Shown: positions 49,868 to 59,297 of the stretch, piece by piece
Layout of the letters: each line of letters opens with the position of its first letter
Position numbering within the stretch: the stretch's first letter is position 1
Assembly (NCBI GenBank): GCA_963713955.1
Contig: OY970216.1
Location: 570,252-634,251, forward strand
Reading direction: 5' to 3'
Source of the DNA: an uncultured bacterium
GTDB lineage: Bacteria; Patescibacteriota; Minisyncoccia; UBA6257; GWB1-50-10
DNA length: 64,000 nt
Position numbers and translations under genes: made by a program
Notes under the pieces: generated by a model
What the model was told of the DNA's origin: nothing
Databases searched by the model: none
Seen by the model: only the letters and a program-made list of their open reading frames with translations

Positions 49868-49908
49868 CAGGTTTCGTACTTTCGCATGTTTTCGTAATTT
49901 CGTAAGTC

Positions 49909-50955
49909 CTATGCGAAGTGTGCCAAGAAAAACAAAACGAGGCCGATTGTGGTCGTAATGGCACTCACGATCCAGAATCGCATCGTGATCTGGCTTTCCG
50001 GCCACCCGAGTCCCTGGAAATGGTGATGGATGGGCGTCGAGAGGAAAATTTTTTTCTTTCTCACTTTCTTGCTTACCACTTGGATGATCACCGATCCGGA
50101 TTCGACGAGGAGAACGAAACTGAAAAACGGCAAGAAGAGCGAGGTGTCAGTCATGAGGGCGATGACGCCCAAGGTGATTCCCAAAGACATCGAGCCGGTA
50201 TCGCCCATGAAGAATTTCGCGGGATGGATGTTAAACCACAAAAACGCGAGGAGCGCTCCTATGATTGCCGCGATCATGGCCGACAGATCATACTCGTGCA
50301 GGATGAACGCGACGACGTCGAGAGCCGCGAAAGAAAAAAGAAAAACGCCCCCGAGGAGGCCGTCCAAACCGTCGGTTTCGTTCGCCGAGAAAGCCGTCGC
50401 GACGATGATAAAAATGAAGAAAGGGAGGTACCAAAAACCGATATCAAGGGATCCGATGAAGGGGAAGTAAACCGTGTGCCACCCGAGACGGAAGTAGAAC
50501 CATGAGGCACCCACGACCGCGACCAAGGTATAGAGCATGATCTTATACTTCATCTTGAGCCCGCCGCCGTGCGGCCCGATGCCCTTGATCCCCATGAGAT
50601 CGTCGAAAAGGCCCACGATTGCCGCGAAGATAAGGGCGAAGAGCGGCAGATAGGTTTCAGAGCGGTTCACAAAATTGATGTAATTGGCGAAGCCGTCGAA
50701 GATCTTCCCGAGAATCAGGAAAACGAGCGCGAGCGCGAGAACGGTCGCCCAGATGATGATTCCCCCCATGGTCGGCGTTGACGATTTGTCCTTGTGATAC
50801 TGATAAAAAACGGGGGCGCTTTTTTCGTCCCGGATGTTCGCCTTCCGCAGGTTGAACTTTTCCAAAAAGGAAAAAACGAACGGCGTCACGATAAGCGCCG
50901 CCACGAAAGAAAGGGCGAAAACTATGAGAACCCTGGTGGCGGAAAATACGATCAT
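49909..50955 (-). CDS. mraY: Phospho-N-acetylmuramoyl-pentapeptide transferase
   Basis: TPTMGG, DD, NETDGLDGL, FMGDTGS, PIHHHF. Confidence 0.96.
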   Translation of the reverse strand: MIVFSATRVLIVFALSFVAALIVTPFVFSFLEKFNLRKANIRDEKSAPVFYQYHKDKSSTPTMGGIIIWATVLALALVFLILGKIFDGFANYINFVNRSETYLPLFALIFAAIVGLFDDLMGIKGIGPHGGGLKMKYKIMLYTLVAVVGASWFYFRLGWHTVYFPFIGSLDIGFWYLPFFIFIIVATAFSANETDGLDGLLGGVFLFSFAALDVVAFILHEYDLSAMIAAIIGALLAFLWFNIHPAKFFMGDTGSMSLGITLGVIALMTDTSLFLPFFSFVLLVESGSVIIQVVSKKVRKKKIFLSTPIHHHFQGLGWPESQITMRFWIVSAITTTIGLVLFFLAHFA

Positions 50956-51006
50956 TATTCCTTCATTTTACCCCCACATCTCACGAGTATCAAACAATTT
51001 AGCAAA

Positions 51007-51085
51007 GAGGATCGGTAAGGCGAAAAAGTGGGTAAGACTTGGCCTAGCGGCCCGGAGCGCACACTTTTTCGGCTTGCCGAGCCTC
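51007..51085. repeat. Hairpin element; 21 bp of it recurs at 52672-52692
   Basis: 24-bp imperfect IR GAGGATCGGTAAGGCGAAAAAGTG / CACTTTTTCGGCTTGCCGAGCCTC; GGCCCGGAGCGCACACTTTTT occurs twice. Confidence 0.7.
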
Positions 51086-51090
51086 CAAGT

Positions 51091-52014
51091 TCAAAACGCA
51101 TATGCCTTCGTGACCCACGTGAGCAAGTTGTCGAGGTCGTCGAACCGCGAGTCGCTCCCCAGGATTACGACCACCACCCTTCTCCCTTGAAATTCCAGAA
51201 TCGTCGCGAAATTCTGCTTGGCCAAGGGGGTAGTGCCGGTCTTTCCGCCCAGGAAATCCGCCCGGGAAGCTACGGGGTCGATATTCGAAACGACGTTGAT
51301 TCGCGAAGAATTCAAGGGTTGGATGTTCAAGGTCGTGAGCCTCGTCCAGGTAAAAATCTGCGGGTCGTTTTCCAAGATGTAGCGCATAAGGAGGTAAATG
51401 TCATGCGGCGTTCCTTCATTCGAATCGTCGAGGCCGGACGAATCGTAGATCACCATCTGGGTCATGCCGATCTGCTTCATTTTCTCCCTCGCTGCTTCCA
51501 AAAACTTGTCCTCACCCATGTATTCCTCGAACGCGGCGGCCGCCCGATTTGAAGATTCCATAAGCATGGTTTTCAGCAAATCTTCCGAGTTGTAAATCTC
51601 GCCCGCCTTGAGATCGCCGGCTTCCCCGTCAATGGCCATGGTCGACGTCGTGATGGGTATTTTCGCGCTGAGTCCCACGTCCTCGACCGCGACGACGGCC
51701 GCAATGAGCTTCGTCAAGGACGCCAGATGCCACATCTTATAGGTATTAAACCGGTAAAACGAGAAATTGTCGTCGAGCGATTCCATGAGAACGCCCTCGG
51801 CCGAGAGGTCCGGATCCAGGACGTCCCAGTTTCTCACGGGTATTTTCTTGACCGAAGAATCATAAACGGAAGTCGAAGAAGAGCTTTGGCTCGTCGTCGC
51901 GGTTGACGAGCTCGCTCCGCCGCCACTCCCCAAGCTGAACGCCGGGAGGACGAATTTGATGAAGGCGATTCCGGCAACGACGATCGCCGCGAAAATTACG
52001 AACTTTTTCGTCAT
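51091..52014 (-). CDS. D-alanyl-D-alanine carboxypeptidase (S11)
   Basis: SLTK, SSN, KTG. Confidence 0.9.
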   Translation of the reverse strand: MTKKFVIFAAIVVAGIAFIKFVLPAFSLGSGGGASSSTATTSQSSSSTSVYDSSVKKIPVRNWDVLDPDLSAEGVLMESLDDNFSFYRFNTYKMWHLASLTKLIAAVVAVEDVGLSAKIPITTSTMAIDGEAGDLKAGEIYNSEDLLKTMLMESSNRAAAAFEEYMGEDKFLEAAREKMKQIGMTQMVIYDSSGLDDSNEGTPHDIYLLMRYILENDPQIFTWTRLTTLNIQPLNSSRINVVSNIDPVASRADFLGGKTGTTPLAKQNFATILEFQGRRVVVVILGSDSRFDDLDNLLTWVTKAYAF

Positions 52015-52619
52015 AATGTTTCTTCTTCCGATTCCATCCTCATTTCCTCAGTGGCAGCTTTCGTTTCCTCCGCGGCTTCCGATTTTTCGAAGCTCTGAAG
52101 GATGTTTTTGTATTTGCGGTACTCGGGCAAATCTTCCACGCTCGCGACGCCGAGATGTTTCAGGAAATTGAAACTCACGCTGTACTCGTAAATGTTCCTC
52201 TTCCCTTCCTGGAGCGATCGCATGATGAGGCCTCGGATGAGGAGACTCCTCAGAATGAACGTCGAATTCACCCCCCGAATGTAGTCGATGACTGATCTCG
52301 TGACCGGCTCAAGGTATGCGATGATGGCTGCGGTCTCAAGGGCCGCCGGCGTGAGTTCCTCCCTGAATTCTTCCTCCACGAGTTTTTTCGAAACCCAAGC
52401 GAGCGACGGCTTCGTCGCGAGCTGTATCTTCCCGTCGTTTCTCATGAGCGTGAGTCCCCCGTCCGCGTTGGCATCGAGTTTCTCCGCGAGTTTTTCCGCG
52501 AGGGCGGTGCATTCCTCTTCTTTCATGCTGAGGAGCTTCGCGGCCTTCCCAACCTCAATCGGCTCCCCATAATAGAAAAGGAGCGCCTCAAGTCCCGCCA
52601 TTTTTTCACCTTCATTCAT
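52011..52619 (-). CDS. scpB: SMC-Scp complex subunit ScpB
   Basis: LEALLF, ALETAAIIAY, IDYIRGVN. Confidence 0.93.
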   Translation of the reverse strand: MNEGEKMAGLEALLFYYGEPIEVGKAAKLLSMKEEECTALAEKLAEKLDANADGGLTLMRNDGKIQLATKPSLAWVSKKLVEEEFREELTPAALETAAIIAYLEPVTRSVIDYIRGVNSTFILRSLLIRGLIMRSLQEGKRNIYEYSVSFNFLKHLGVASVEDLPEYRKYKNILQSFEKSEAAEETKAATEEMRMESEEETL

Positions 52620-52713
52620 ATACTTTTATCACTTAAAGATACGACAATAGTGTTTTGAGAGAACTCTCGCAGGCCCGGAGCGCACACTTTTTTGCCTCAC
52701 CAAATCTCCCGCT

Positions 52714-53412
52714 TCACAGCTTCGCTACCATTATATCTGAAAACCTCCCTTCTTGTTCAACCCTCACGAGCTGCTCCTTGATGAGGTGAAGGATGGCGAG
52801 AAAAAGCACGACCACTTCCTTCTTCCCACCGCCGCCGTGCAAATCGTTGAACCTCACCGGACTCTCCGCGAGGTGACTGAAGACTTCCTCTATCTTTTTC
52901 TTCAGGTTGATCATCTCGTTCCTGATTTTCACGACCGGCTTCAGGAACTTCTCCATCTCGGCGATGATCCTTTTCAAGGCCGTCTCGAAATCAGAGGCTT
53001 TGCACGATTTGGGAGGATAGAAGGACTGCGCCATCCCCTTTAAAAATTCCCGGGTCATCATAACCTCATTCGCTCGCCACATTTCCTTAATGTACACCTT
53101 GGCTTGCTTGAACTCCTGATAAACCTTGAGCCTTTTCTCCAAACCCTGAATGTCCTCCTCCTCTTCCTCGGACAAGACGAGGGACGGAAGCACGAACTTG
53201 GACTTTATGAGGAGCAACTTCGAGGCGACCGAGAGAAAATCGGCGATCACGAAATTGCCGGCTCCCGCTTCCTCGAGCTTGCCGAGATAATCGAAAAAAC
53301 CTCCCGTGACTTCCGCGAGGCTTACGGTCGTAACCTCCAATTTCTTCTCTTCGATGAGCTCGAGGAGCTTTTCCAGGGGCCCTTTATAGTATTCAAACGA
53401 CAGTTCGTACAT
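52714..53412 (-). CDS. scpA: Segregation and condensation protein A
   Basis: YKGPLEKLLELI, LLLIKSK, FLAILHL. Confidence 0.93.
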   Translation of the reverse strand: MYELSFEYYKGPLEKLLELIEEKKLEVTTVSLAEVTGGFFDYLGKLEEAGAGNFVIADFLSVASKLLLIKSKFVLPSLVLSEEEEEDIQGLEKRLKVYQEFKQAKVYIKEMWRANEVMMTREFLKGMAQSFYPPKSCKASDFETALKRIIAEMEKFLKPVVKIRNEMINLKKKIEEVFSHLAESPVRFNDLHGGGGKKEVVVLFLAILHLIKEQLVRVEQEGRFSDIMVAKL

Positions 53413-53438
53413 GGACGGTAATATGATATAATAAATGT

Positions 53439-53816
53439 ATGAAACTGGACAGCGGCATAAAGAAGCTCTCACCCGTCTTCATCTTGCGCCTCGGCATCGG
53501 CTTCGCGTTCGTCTACGCGGGCGTGAACGCGCTCCTCTACCCCGTCATGTGGATGGACTTCATCCCCCACTGGGTCGGCGTGATCGTGCCGCCCGCGACG
53601 TTCCTCTTGGTTTATTCCATCTGCGAACTCATCCTCGGATTCGCCATCTTCTTCGGGAGATTCCTCGCGACCGCCTCGATGCTCGCGTTCTGGAACCTCA
53701 TGTTCATCCTCATCTTCTACGGCGTGAGCGACGTCACGTTCCGAGACTTCGGCCTCGCGCTCGCCTCCCTGGCACTTTTCTTCATCACGCTCAAGGAGAA
53801 AGAACAAAAATCCTAG
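53439..53816 (+). CDS. DoxX-family membrane protein
   Basis: LRLGIG, ELILG, RDFGL. Confidence 0.8.
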   Translation: MKLDSGIKKLSPVFILRLGIGFAFVYAGVNALLYPVMWMDFIPHWVGVIVPPATFLLVYSICELILGFAIFFGRFLATASMLAFWNLMFILIFYGVSDVTFRDFGLALASLALFFITLKEKEQKS

Positions 53817-54998
53817 ATGCTGAAAGCGGTTGTTTTCGATTACGACGGGGTGATCGTGGATTCTTTTCCCACGGTTTTTAATGTTTACAAAATAATGTGC
53901 TCCGAGTTAGACATCGAATGCCCCAAGACGATCAACAAATTCAGGCAAGTATACGGCTACACCAAGAAAACCGCTTACGAGAACTTGGGAATTTCCCCGG
54001 AAGATTACGAAAAAGCCGATTCCATATTTAAAAAGGAGGTAGTAAAACAAAAACCGAAACTCTTTCCGGGTATCCGCTCGGTCTTGGAAAAACTGAGTAA
54101 AGATTATCTCCTGATTCTCGCGACGTCGAACTTCGAGTCGGAGGCAATCCAAAAGTTAAAGAGGTTCAGATTGGAGAAATATTTCCCCTACGTCATCGGC
54201 AATAAATCAAGTGGTATATTCAGAAAAAGAGAAACCACGTTGGAATTGCTGAAGAAACTCAAAATCCGCAAAAGCGAAACGGTGTTCCTTGGAGACCGGG
54301 ACGTCGATTACGACGTCGCGAAGAGACTCGGCATCAGTAATATTTTGATGGTCGAGTACGGTTGGGGTTACAGTAACAAGAAAGAAGTTCTCAAGGGACA
54401 AAAACATCTGATAAGGAAACCGGTAGATATCCTGAAAGCGATTAAGCGAGTGGAGAAAAAGAACAGACCCTACGCCGTGGTTCCCTACGATCCCGGCTGG
54501 GTAGTCAAATTCGAGAACGAGAAGAAGATTCTCGCCGACATCTTTAAGAACAAAGCACTCGGTATAGAGCATATCGGATCCACATCCGTGCCGGGTGCAT
54601 GGGCGAAACCCCAGATCGACATTCTCGTGACCGTCAAGAACCTCGACGTCGTGAATGACGTGATCACGAAAAAGATGGAAAAGAAAGGATACACCTACGA
54701 ACCCAATTTCTTCACAACGCACGAAGAAAAATATTTTGCGCGCGACGCCGCGTCAGGCGAGCGCACGGTAAGCGTTCATATTCTCCCCGAAGGCGACCCG
54801 CAGGCGATCGACCACGTCAACTTCCGCGATTACCTGCGGATCCATCCCGAAGAGCGAAACCTCTATTCAAAAACAAAAAGAAAAGCCTATGAAAGCGGAG
54901 CGAACCGCATCGAATATCCCGAAAGAAAAAAAGAAGTCCTCGTGGAACTCCTCAAAAAATCGAAAGAGTGGGCAAAACGAAATAAATCAGCGCGCTGA
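53817..54998 (+). CDS. HAD hydrolase fused to a GrpB/UPF0157 domain
   Basis: FDYDGVIVDS...GD..VD; YDPGW, IEHIGSTSVPG..AKPQIDI, FRDYLR. Confidence 0.88.
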   Translation: MLKAVVFDYDGVIVDSFPTVFNVYKIMCSELDIECPKTINKFRQVYGYTKKTAYENLGISPEDYEKADSIFKKEVVKQKPKLFPGIRSVLEKLSKDYLLILATSNFESEAIQKLKRFRLEKYFPYVIGNKSSGIFRKRETTLELLKKLKIRKSETVFLGDRDVDYDVAKRLGISNILMVEYGWGYSNKKEVLKGQKHLIRKPVDILKAIKRVEKKNRPYAVVPYDPGWVVKFENEKKILADIFKNKALGIEHIGSTSVPGAWAKPQIDILVTVKNLDVVNDVITKKMEKKGYTYEPNFFTTHEEKYFARDAASGERTVSVHILPEGDPQAIDHVNFRDYLRIHPEERNLYSKTKRKAYESGANRIEYPERKKEVLVELLKKSKEWAKRNKSAR

Positions 54999-55421
54999 CC
55001 GCATGCATCGCAGAGCCGCCGTGTATTTCTTTTTCAAGCGTTCCTGCACGTCTTTCTTCAAGCGCTTCAACCTCCGGGGGTCGAGATTATCCGCCAGGTC
55101 CGCCATTTTAATCCTCCTCGCAAGTTTGTCCTTTTTGACGCGATCAATGTACGCAAGATAATCTTCGTTCTCTTTGCGCGTGAGCGTCTGGAGCGTCCGT
55201 ATCAACCGAGTGCTTACGCCGAGCCTCCGAAGATCTTCAACTGTCGCATCCGTATCCTCGAGAATGTCGTGGAGCACCGCGACGATTTGTTCGTCTTTCG
55301 TCTTCATCCGCGCCATGACGCGCAAGGGATGGAAAATATATGACTCTCCCTCCTTGTCGACCTGGCCACGGTGTTTAGTGGCCGCAAAAATGATGATTTT
55401 CTCAAGTGATACTTTTCCCAT
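54987..55421 (-). CDS. HD-domain protein (small alarmone hydrolase/Mesh1-like)
   Basis: HRGQVDK.G..YIFHP, VLHDILEDT, KMADLADN. Confidence 0.88.
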   Translation of the reverse strand: MGKVSLEKIIIFAATKHRGQVDKEGESYIFHPLRVMARMKTKDEQIVAVLHDILEDTDATVEDLRRLGVSTRLIRTLQTLTRKENEDYLAYIDRVKKDKLARRIKMADLADNLDPRRLKRLKKDVQERLKKKYTAALRCMRSAR

Positions 55422-55550
55422 CGAACTTTCATTGAAAACCATAACTTGGTAAAGGCAAGCTAAACACTCCTCGCGAAGGCTAAGACTTGCCCCTGTACTC
55501 ACAACTTTATTGTAGCACGGGGCTTGGGTATTCCGCCGGTGACATCGTGC

Positions 55551-56380
55551 TCACGCCAAGAGTATCAACCCGCAGATGATGCCCACAGCCACGAACACTT
55601 TGAGGAATCGGCCACTTTCCTTGAAGTAAAGGCCCCCCGACATTGTTGCAAAAAGTACCGCCCCGCCCCGCAATGTACTGATTATCACCGAGGGGACGGC
55701 GAAAGCGTAAGCAAATCCCCCAGCCGCTGATCCAATCCCGTTCGCGATAGCTTGGGTCAGAAAAACCGGCTTGAGGAAAAATCGAAAGGGATTCCCCCCG
55801 TTCTCCTTAATAGACATGAGGAGGAGAAAATAAGTAGAAATCCGGAAACGATGAGCTGCTCCGCGGCAACAGAGTTAAAGTGGTCAATGTCGTACTTATA
55901 TACCGTCAGCGTAACCACGGGTAAAACTGTGCTCAGGAGAAGCAGGATAATACCCTCCTTGCTGAACTTCTTCGATATGCTGACGAAAAACATAATCGCC
56001 GATATGATTCCCATCCCCGCGATCTCGGACAGACTGACGGAATATCCCATCGCGAGATCGGCGATGAGGAGGAGAGGAATGGTCAACGTCCGGACGAAAC
56101 CGAACGTACTGCGGTCGGATTTCGCCAATGTCTTGATAGTGATGTAACTCAATACTATTTCCACCACTATTCTCGGAAGGAGCGTCGGAAGCGATCCGAA
56201 AGAAAAATGAAAGGATCCGCTCACGGCGGCGCCGACGGCGTAGAAAACAATTCCAAACGGCAGCGTCAGGAGACCGGTAGTGAAAATGCCCACCCGGCGA
56301 GCGCCTATTTCGGCTTTCCCGATGGAGTTAGACACCTCACAGAAAAAACTGCTGGAAACGGCTAAAAGGAACCCAAGCAT
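55551..56380 (-). pseudogene. EamA/DMT-like transporter split by a frameshift near 55830
   Basis: Two overlapping hydrophobic ORFs (207 aa and 88 aa) that join into one ~10-TM protein ending YFKE. Confidence 0.7.
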
Positions 56381-56392
56381 AGTTGCATAAAA

Positions 56393-57388
56393 CTATCCGT
56401 GCCTTACTTCAATCACGTCCCCGTCCTGCACCACATAGTCCTTTCCCTCGAGCCTCAGCCAGCCTTTCTGCTTCGCCTGATGCCAGCCCCCTGCCTCTAA
56501 AAGCTTTTCCCAGCTTACCACTTCCGCCCGGATGAAATTCTTCTCGAAATCCGTGTGGATCACGCCCGCCGCTTGCGGTGCCTTCGTCCCCCGCTCGATC
56601 GTCCACGCCCGTGTTTCATCCTCGCCGGTCGTGAAGAAACTGACGAGATTCAGCGTGAAATATGCCGCCTTCACGAGGTTCGGCAATGATTCCTCGTCGC
56701 TCAAGTCTGCGATCAGAAATTCGAATTTCATGCCGCGGATCTTTTCCTTGACTTCCTCTTTCACGTCTTCCGGCTTTCCGTTCAAAAGGAATATCTGCTG
56801 CTTGGCTGTCAAAAGCTGGAGTTCTTTCATGATCGGCTCATCCGAGAGCGTAATGAGAAGCTCTCCCCTCCCGAGCATTTCCTTTGCTTTCTTCAGGATT
56901 TCCAGACTTGTTTTTGCTTGCTTATCCCCTCCGCGCGCGTCAGCCTCGAGTTTCGTCATCCTTTTTTCTACCGTGTCCAGATCCTTGAAAATCAATTCCG
57001 ACTCGATCGTGTCTATGTCGCGGATCGGGTTCACGTTCCCTTCCACGTGGACAATGTCGCCATTCTCGAAACACCGGACAATGTGGATAATGACCTGCAC
57101 GTTCCGGATATGCGATAAAAATTGGTTGCCCAAACCTTCCCCCTTGTACGCACCCTTTACGAGCCCCGCAATGTCGTAGAATTCGACGACGGCCGGGATG
57201 CGTTTTTTGGACCGGCTCATGTCGGCCAGTTTATCAACCCTTTCGTCCGGAACGGGAACAACGCCCACGTTCGGGTCGATCGTCGCGAACGGATAGTTCG
57301 CGATGTTCACCTCCTGTTTCGTTATGATCTTGAAAAGTGTGGACTTCCCCACATTCGGCAACCCCACGATCCCTATTTCTAGTTTCAT
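56393..57388 (-). CDS. ychF: Ribosome-binding ATPase YchF
   Basis: GLPNVGKST, ANYPFATI, DIAGLV, AAGVIHTDF, TGS domain. Confidence 0.97.
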   Translation of the reverse strand: MKLEIGIVGLPNVGKSTLFKIITKQEVNIANYPFATIDPNVGVVPVPDERVDKLADMSRSKKRIPAVVEFYDIAGLVKGAYKGEGLGNQFLSHIRNVQVIIHIVRCFENGDIVHVEGNVNPIRDIDTIESELIFKDLDTVEKRMTKLEADARGGDKQAKTSLEILKKAKEMLGRGELLITLSDEPIMKELQLLTAKQQIFLLNGKPEDVKEEVKEKIRGMKFEFLIADLSDEESLPNLVKAAYFTLNLVSFFTTGEDETRAWTIERGTKAPQAAGVIHTDFEKNFIRAEVVSWEKLLEAGGWHQAKQKGWLRLEGKDYVVQDGDVIEVRHG

Positions 57389-57497
57389 GTGCTCTTTTCG
57401 GCAATTTTACCCTCCTTACAGAAGATTAACAAGTATGTTAAAGTATTTTTTTACTTCACCTTATAAGTTCTAGACGAAAGCTTTCGAAAGAGAGAAC

Positions 57498-57988
57498 TCA
57501 ATACTCTTTCAAAAGAACGGATTCCCCATTTTCGTCTCGTGTAAATTGCTTTGTCTTTAAAAATTTGATTTTAATTTCTTCTCCTTCATTGAAAAACCCT
57601 ACGATATTATCCTTACTGGCTTCGTTATAAAAACTCAGTATCCGATCGGCACTATTGAAAAGCTCCCATTGGTTGTCTATTCTCCCCGGCACGAACACAT
57701 TGTTTAAATCCTCCCCTTTACGTATCGTGTATATCAGGGTGCCTTTGTTGCTGTAGAGTTTGATTTCATCTATTGCTTGTATTTCATAAAGCTCCGAAAT
57801 CCATTTCCGTTTTACTACAAAATCCCTCCCCTGATTTTTAATTATGGCGTCAACCAAGAAATCGAAGCAGAAAACACAAATCTCCCTTGTCCAATTTAGT
57901 TCACCCCATTCAATATCATGATTTAGTACATATTTCCAGTCTCTAGCTTTGTTAATGCCAACTTTCGCAGTCAACTCCTCAAAGCGAT
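57498..57988 (-). pseudogene. 3' part of an AT-rich unknown gene cut by the IS3-B end
   Basis: Open frame from the IS end to stop 57498; the listed ORF start is IS-derived. Confidence 0.65.
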
Positions 57989-58150
57989 TGTAAAGACCCC
58001 CAAAGTTAAGACACTTTTTCGACAAGTTTCTGGTAGCGATTCGAGAACAGTGCAGGCGGCATCCTGAGGGCGGAGTGGATTCTCCGGTGGTTGTAGTCCC
58101 AGACCAGGCGATGGATCTCGTAGACCAGCTCTCCCAGCGATTTGAACCTC
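57989..58150 (-). mobile_element. 162-bp terminal fragment of IS3 element B
   Basis: Matches 33586-33747. Confidence 0.92.
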
Positions 58151-58204
58151 TGTTCCGGATAGGAAAATTTAGACACAAAGGTCGGAACAAATTACCATTG
58201 TGTC

Positions 58205-58468
58205 ATGGCTAACAAAAAAGGATATCGGGTAGCGAAAGAGGTAAAAGCGGAGATTGTCCGCCGCGTGAAGGAAGAAGGCGTCTCCGTCGCAGAAGCGGCA
58301 AAAGATGCAGGCGTCCACGAGACAACCGTGTATGGATGGCTCGGCGCCGGTGCCACGAGCGCTCCCTCCTGGGGAGAAATCAATCGCCTAAAGAAACAGA
58401 ATCAGGAACTCTTCGAAGTGATCGGTGAACTCACGATCAAGCTGTCCCAGACCCAAAAAAAGAATTGA
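58205..58468 (+). CDS. IS3 transposase OrfA
   Basis: Identical translation to the other copies. Confidence 0.9.
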   Translation: MANKKGYRVAKEVKAEIVRRVKEEGVSVAEAAKDAGVHETTVYGWLGAGATSAPSWGEINRLKKQNQELFEVIGELTIKLSQTQKKN

Positions 58469-59247
58469 GCAGGGAAAGGAACGTATCCGCCCTGGCTCGC
58501 GCCATGGGTGTCTCGCGCTCATCGCTCTATTACGTCGCAACGCAGGACAAGAAGGATTGGGCATTAAAGGTCCGGACGGAGGAGGTGCTTCACGAGCATC
58601 CCTCATACGGCTCACGCCGACTGGCGATTGCGCTCGGCATCGGCAGACCGAGAGCGCAACGGGTCATGCGGATTTACGGCATCAAGCCCTACCGCAGGCA
58701 TGGGAGAAAATACAGGAAATCCAAGGCGGAACGGCACTTCCCGAACCTCCTCCTCGGCATTATGCCATCATATGCGAACCATGTCTGGGCGACGGATTTC
58801 ACGGAGCTTGTCTTTCACGGGAAGAAGCTGTACGTATCAACGATCCTTAACCTGTTTACGAGGCAACTGATGGGCGTTCATGTGGCGACCCGGAAGGGAT
58901 CGACGCTCACCATCCAAACTCTGGCGAACGCGCTCTTCCATTGCCCGCGACCCGTGATCTTCCATTCTGACAACGGGAGGGAATACGAAGCGAAGGCGTT
59001 CATCGCTATGCTTGAGCGCTACGGCATCACCATCTCCCGCTCACGCCCCGGATCGCCGTGGGAGAACGGATACCAAGAATCTTTCTACGGAAAATTCAAA
59101 ATGGATCTTGGCGATCCTAATCGGTTCAGATCCTTAGGGGAACTTGTGGCGGAGATCTACCGAACGCTTTGGGAGTACAACCATACAAGAATCCACTCCG
59201 CTCTCAGGATGCCGCCTTCGGTGTTTGCAGAGAAGATAGCAGTGTGA
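58465..59247 (+). CDS. IS3 transposase OrfB
   Basis: Identical translation to the other copies. Confidence 0.93.
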   Translation: MSRERNVSALARAMGVSRSSLYYVATQDKKDWALKVRTEEVLHEHPSYGSRRLAIALGIGRPRAQRVMRIYGIKPYRRHGRKYRKSKAERHFPNLLLGIMPSYANHVWATDFTELVFHGKKLYVSTILNLFTRQLMGVHVATRKGSTLTIQTLANALFHCPRPVIFHSDNGREYEAKAFIAMLERYGITISRSRPGSPWENGYQESFYGKFKMDLGDPNRFRSLGELVAEIYRTLWEYNHTRIHSALRMPPSVFAEKIAV

Positions 59248-59297
59248 GAGAATGAAAAAACGACGAGAAAACTTGTCGAGTGACTGTCTAAAGAAAC

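Noticed and set aside
1531-57382. Many antisense and alternate-frame ORFs in the track (e.g. 1531-2136, 33568-34314, 36009-36650, 47523-48308)
   Set aside because: They are shadows of well-supported genes and have no recognisable motifs
57498-58190. 230-aa ORF as a real full-length gene
   Set aside because: Its first ~67 codons derive from IS-A and IS-B sequence; it is a chimera
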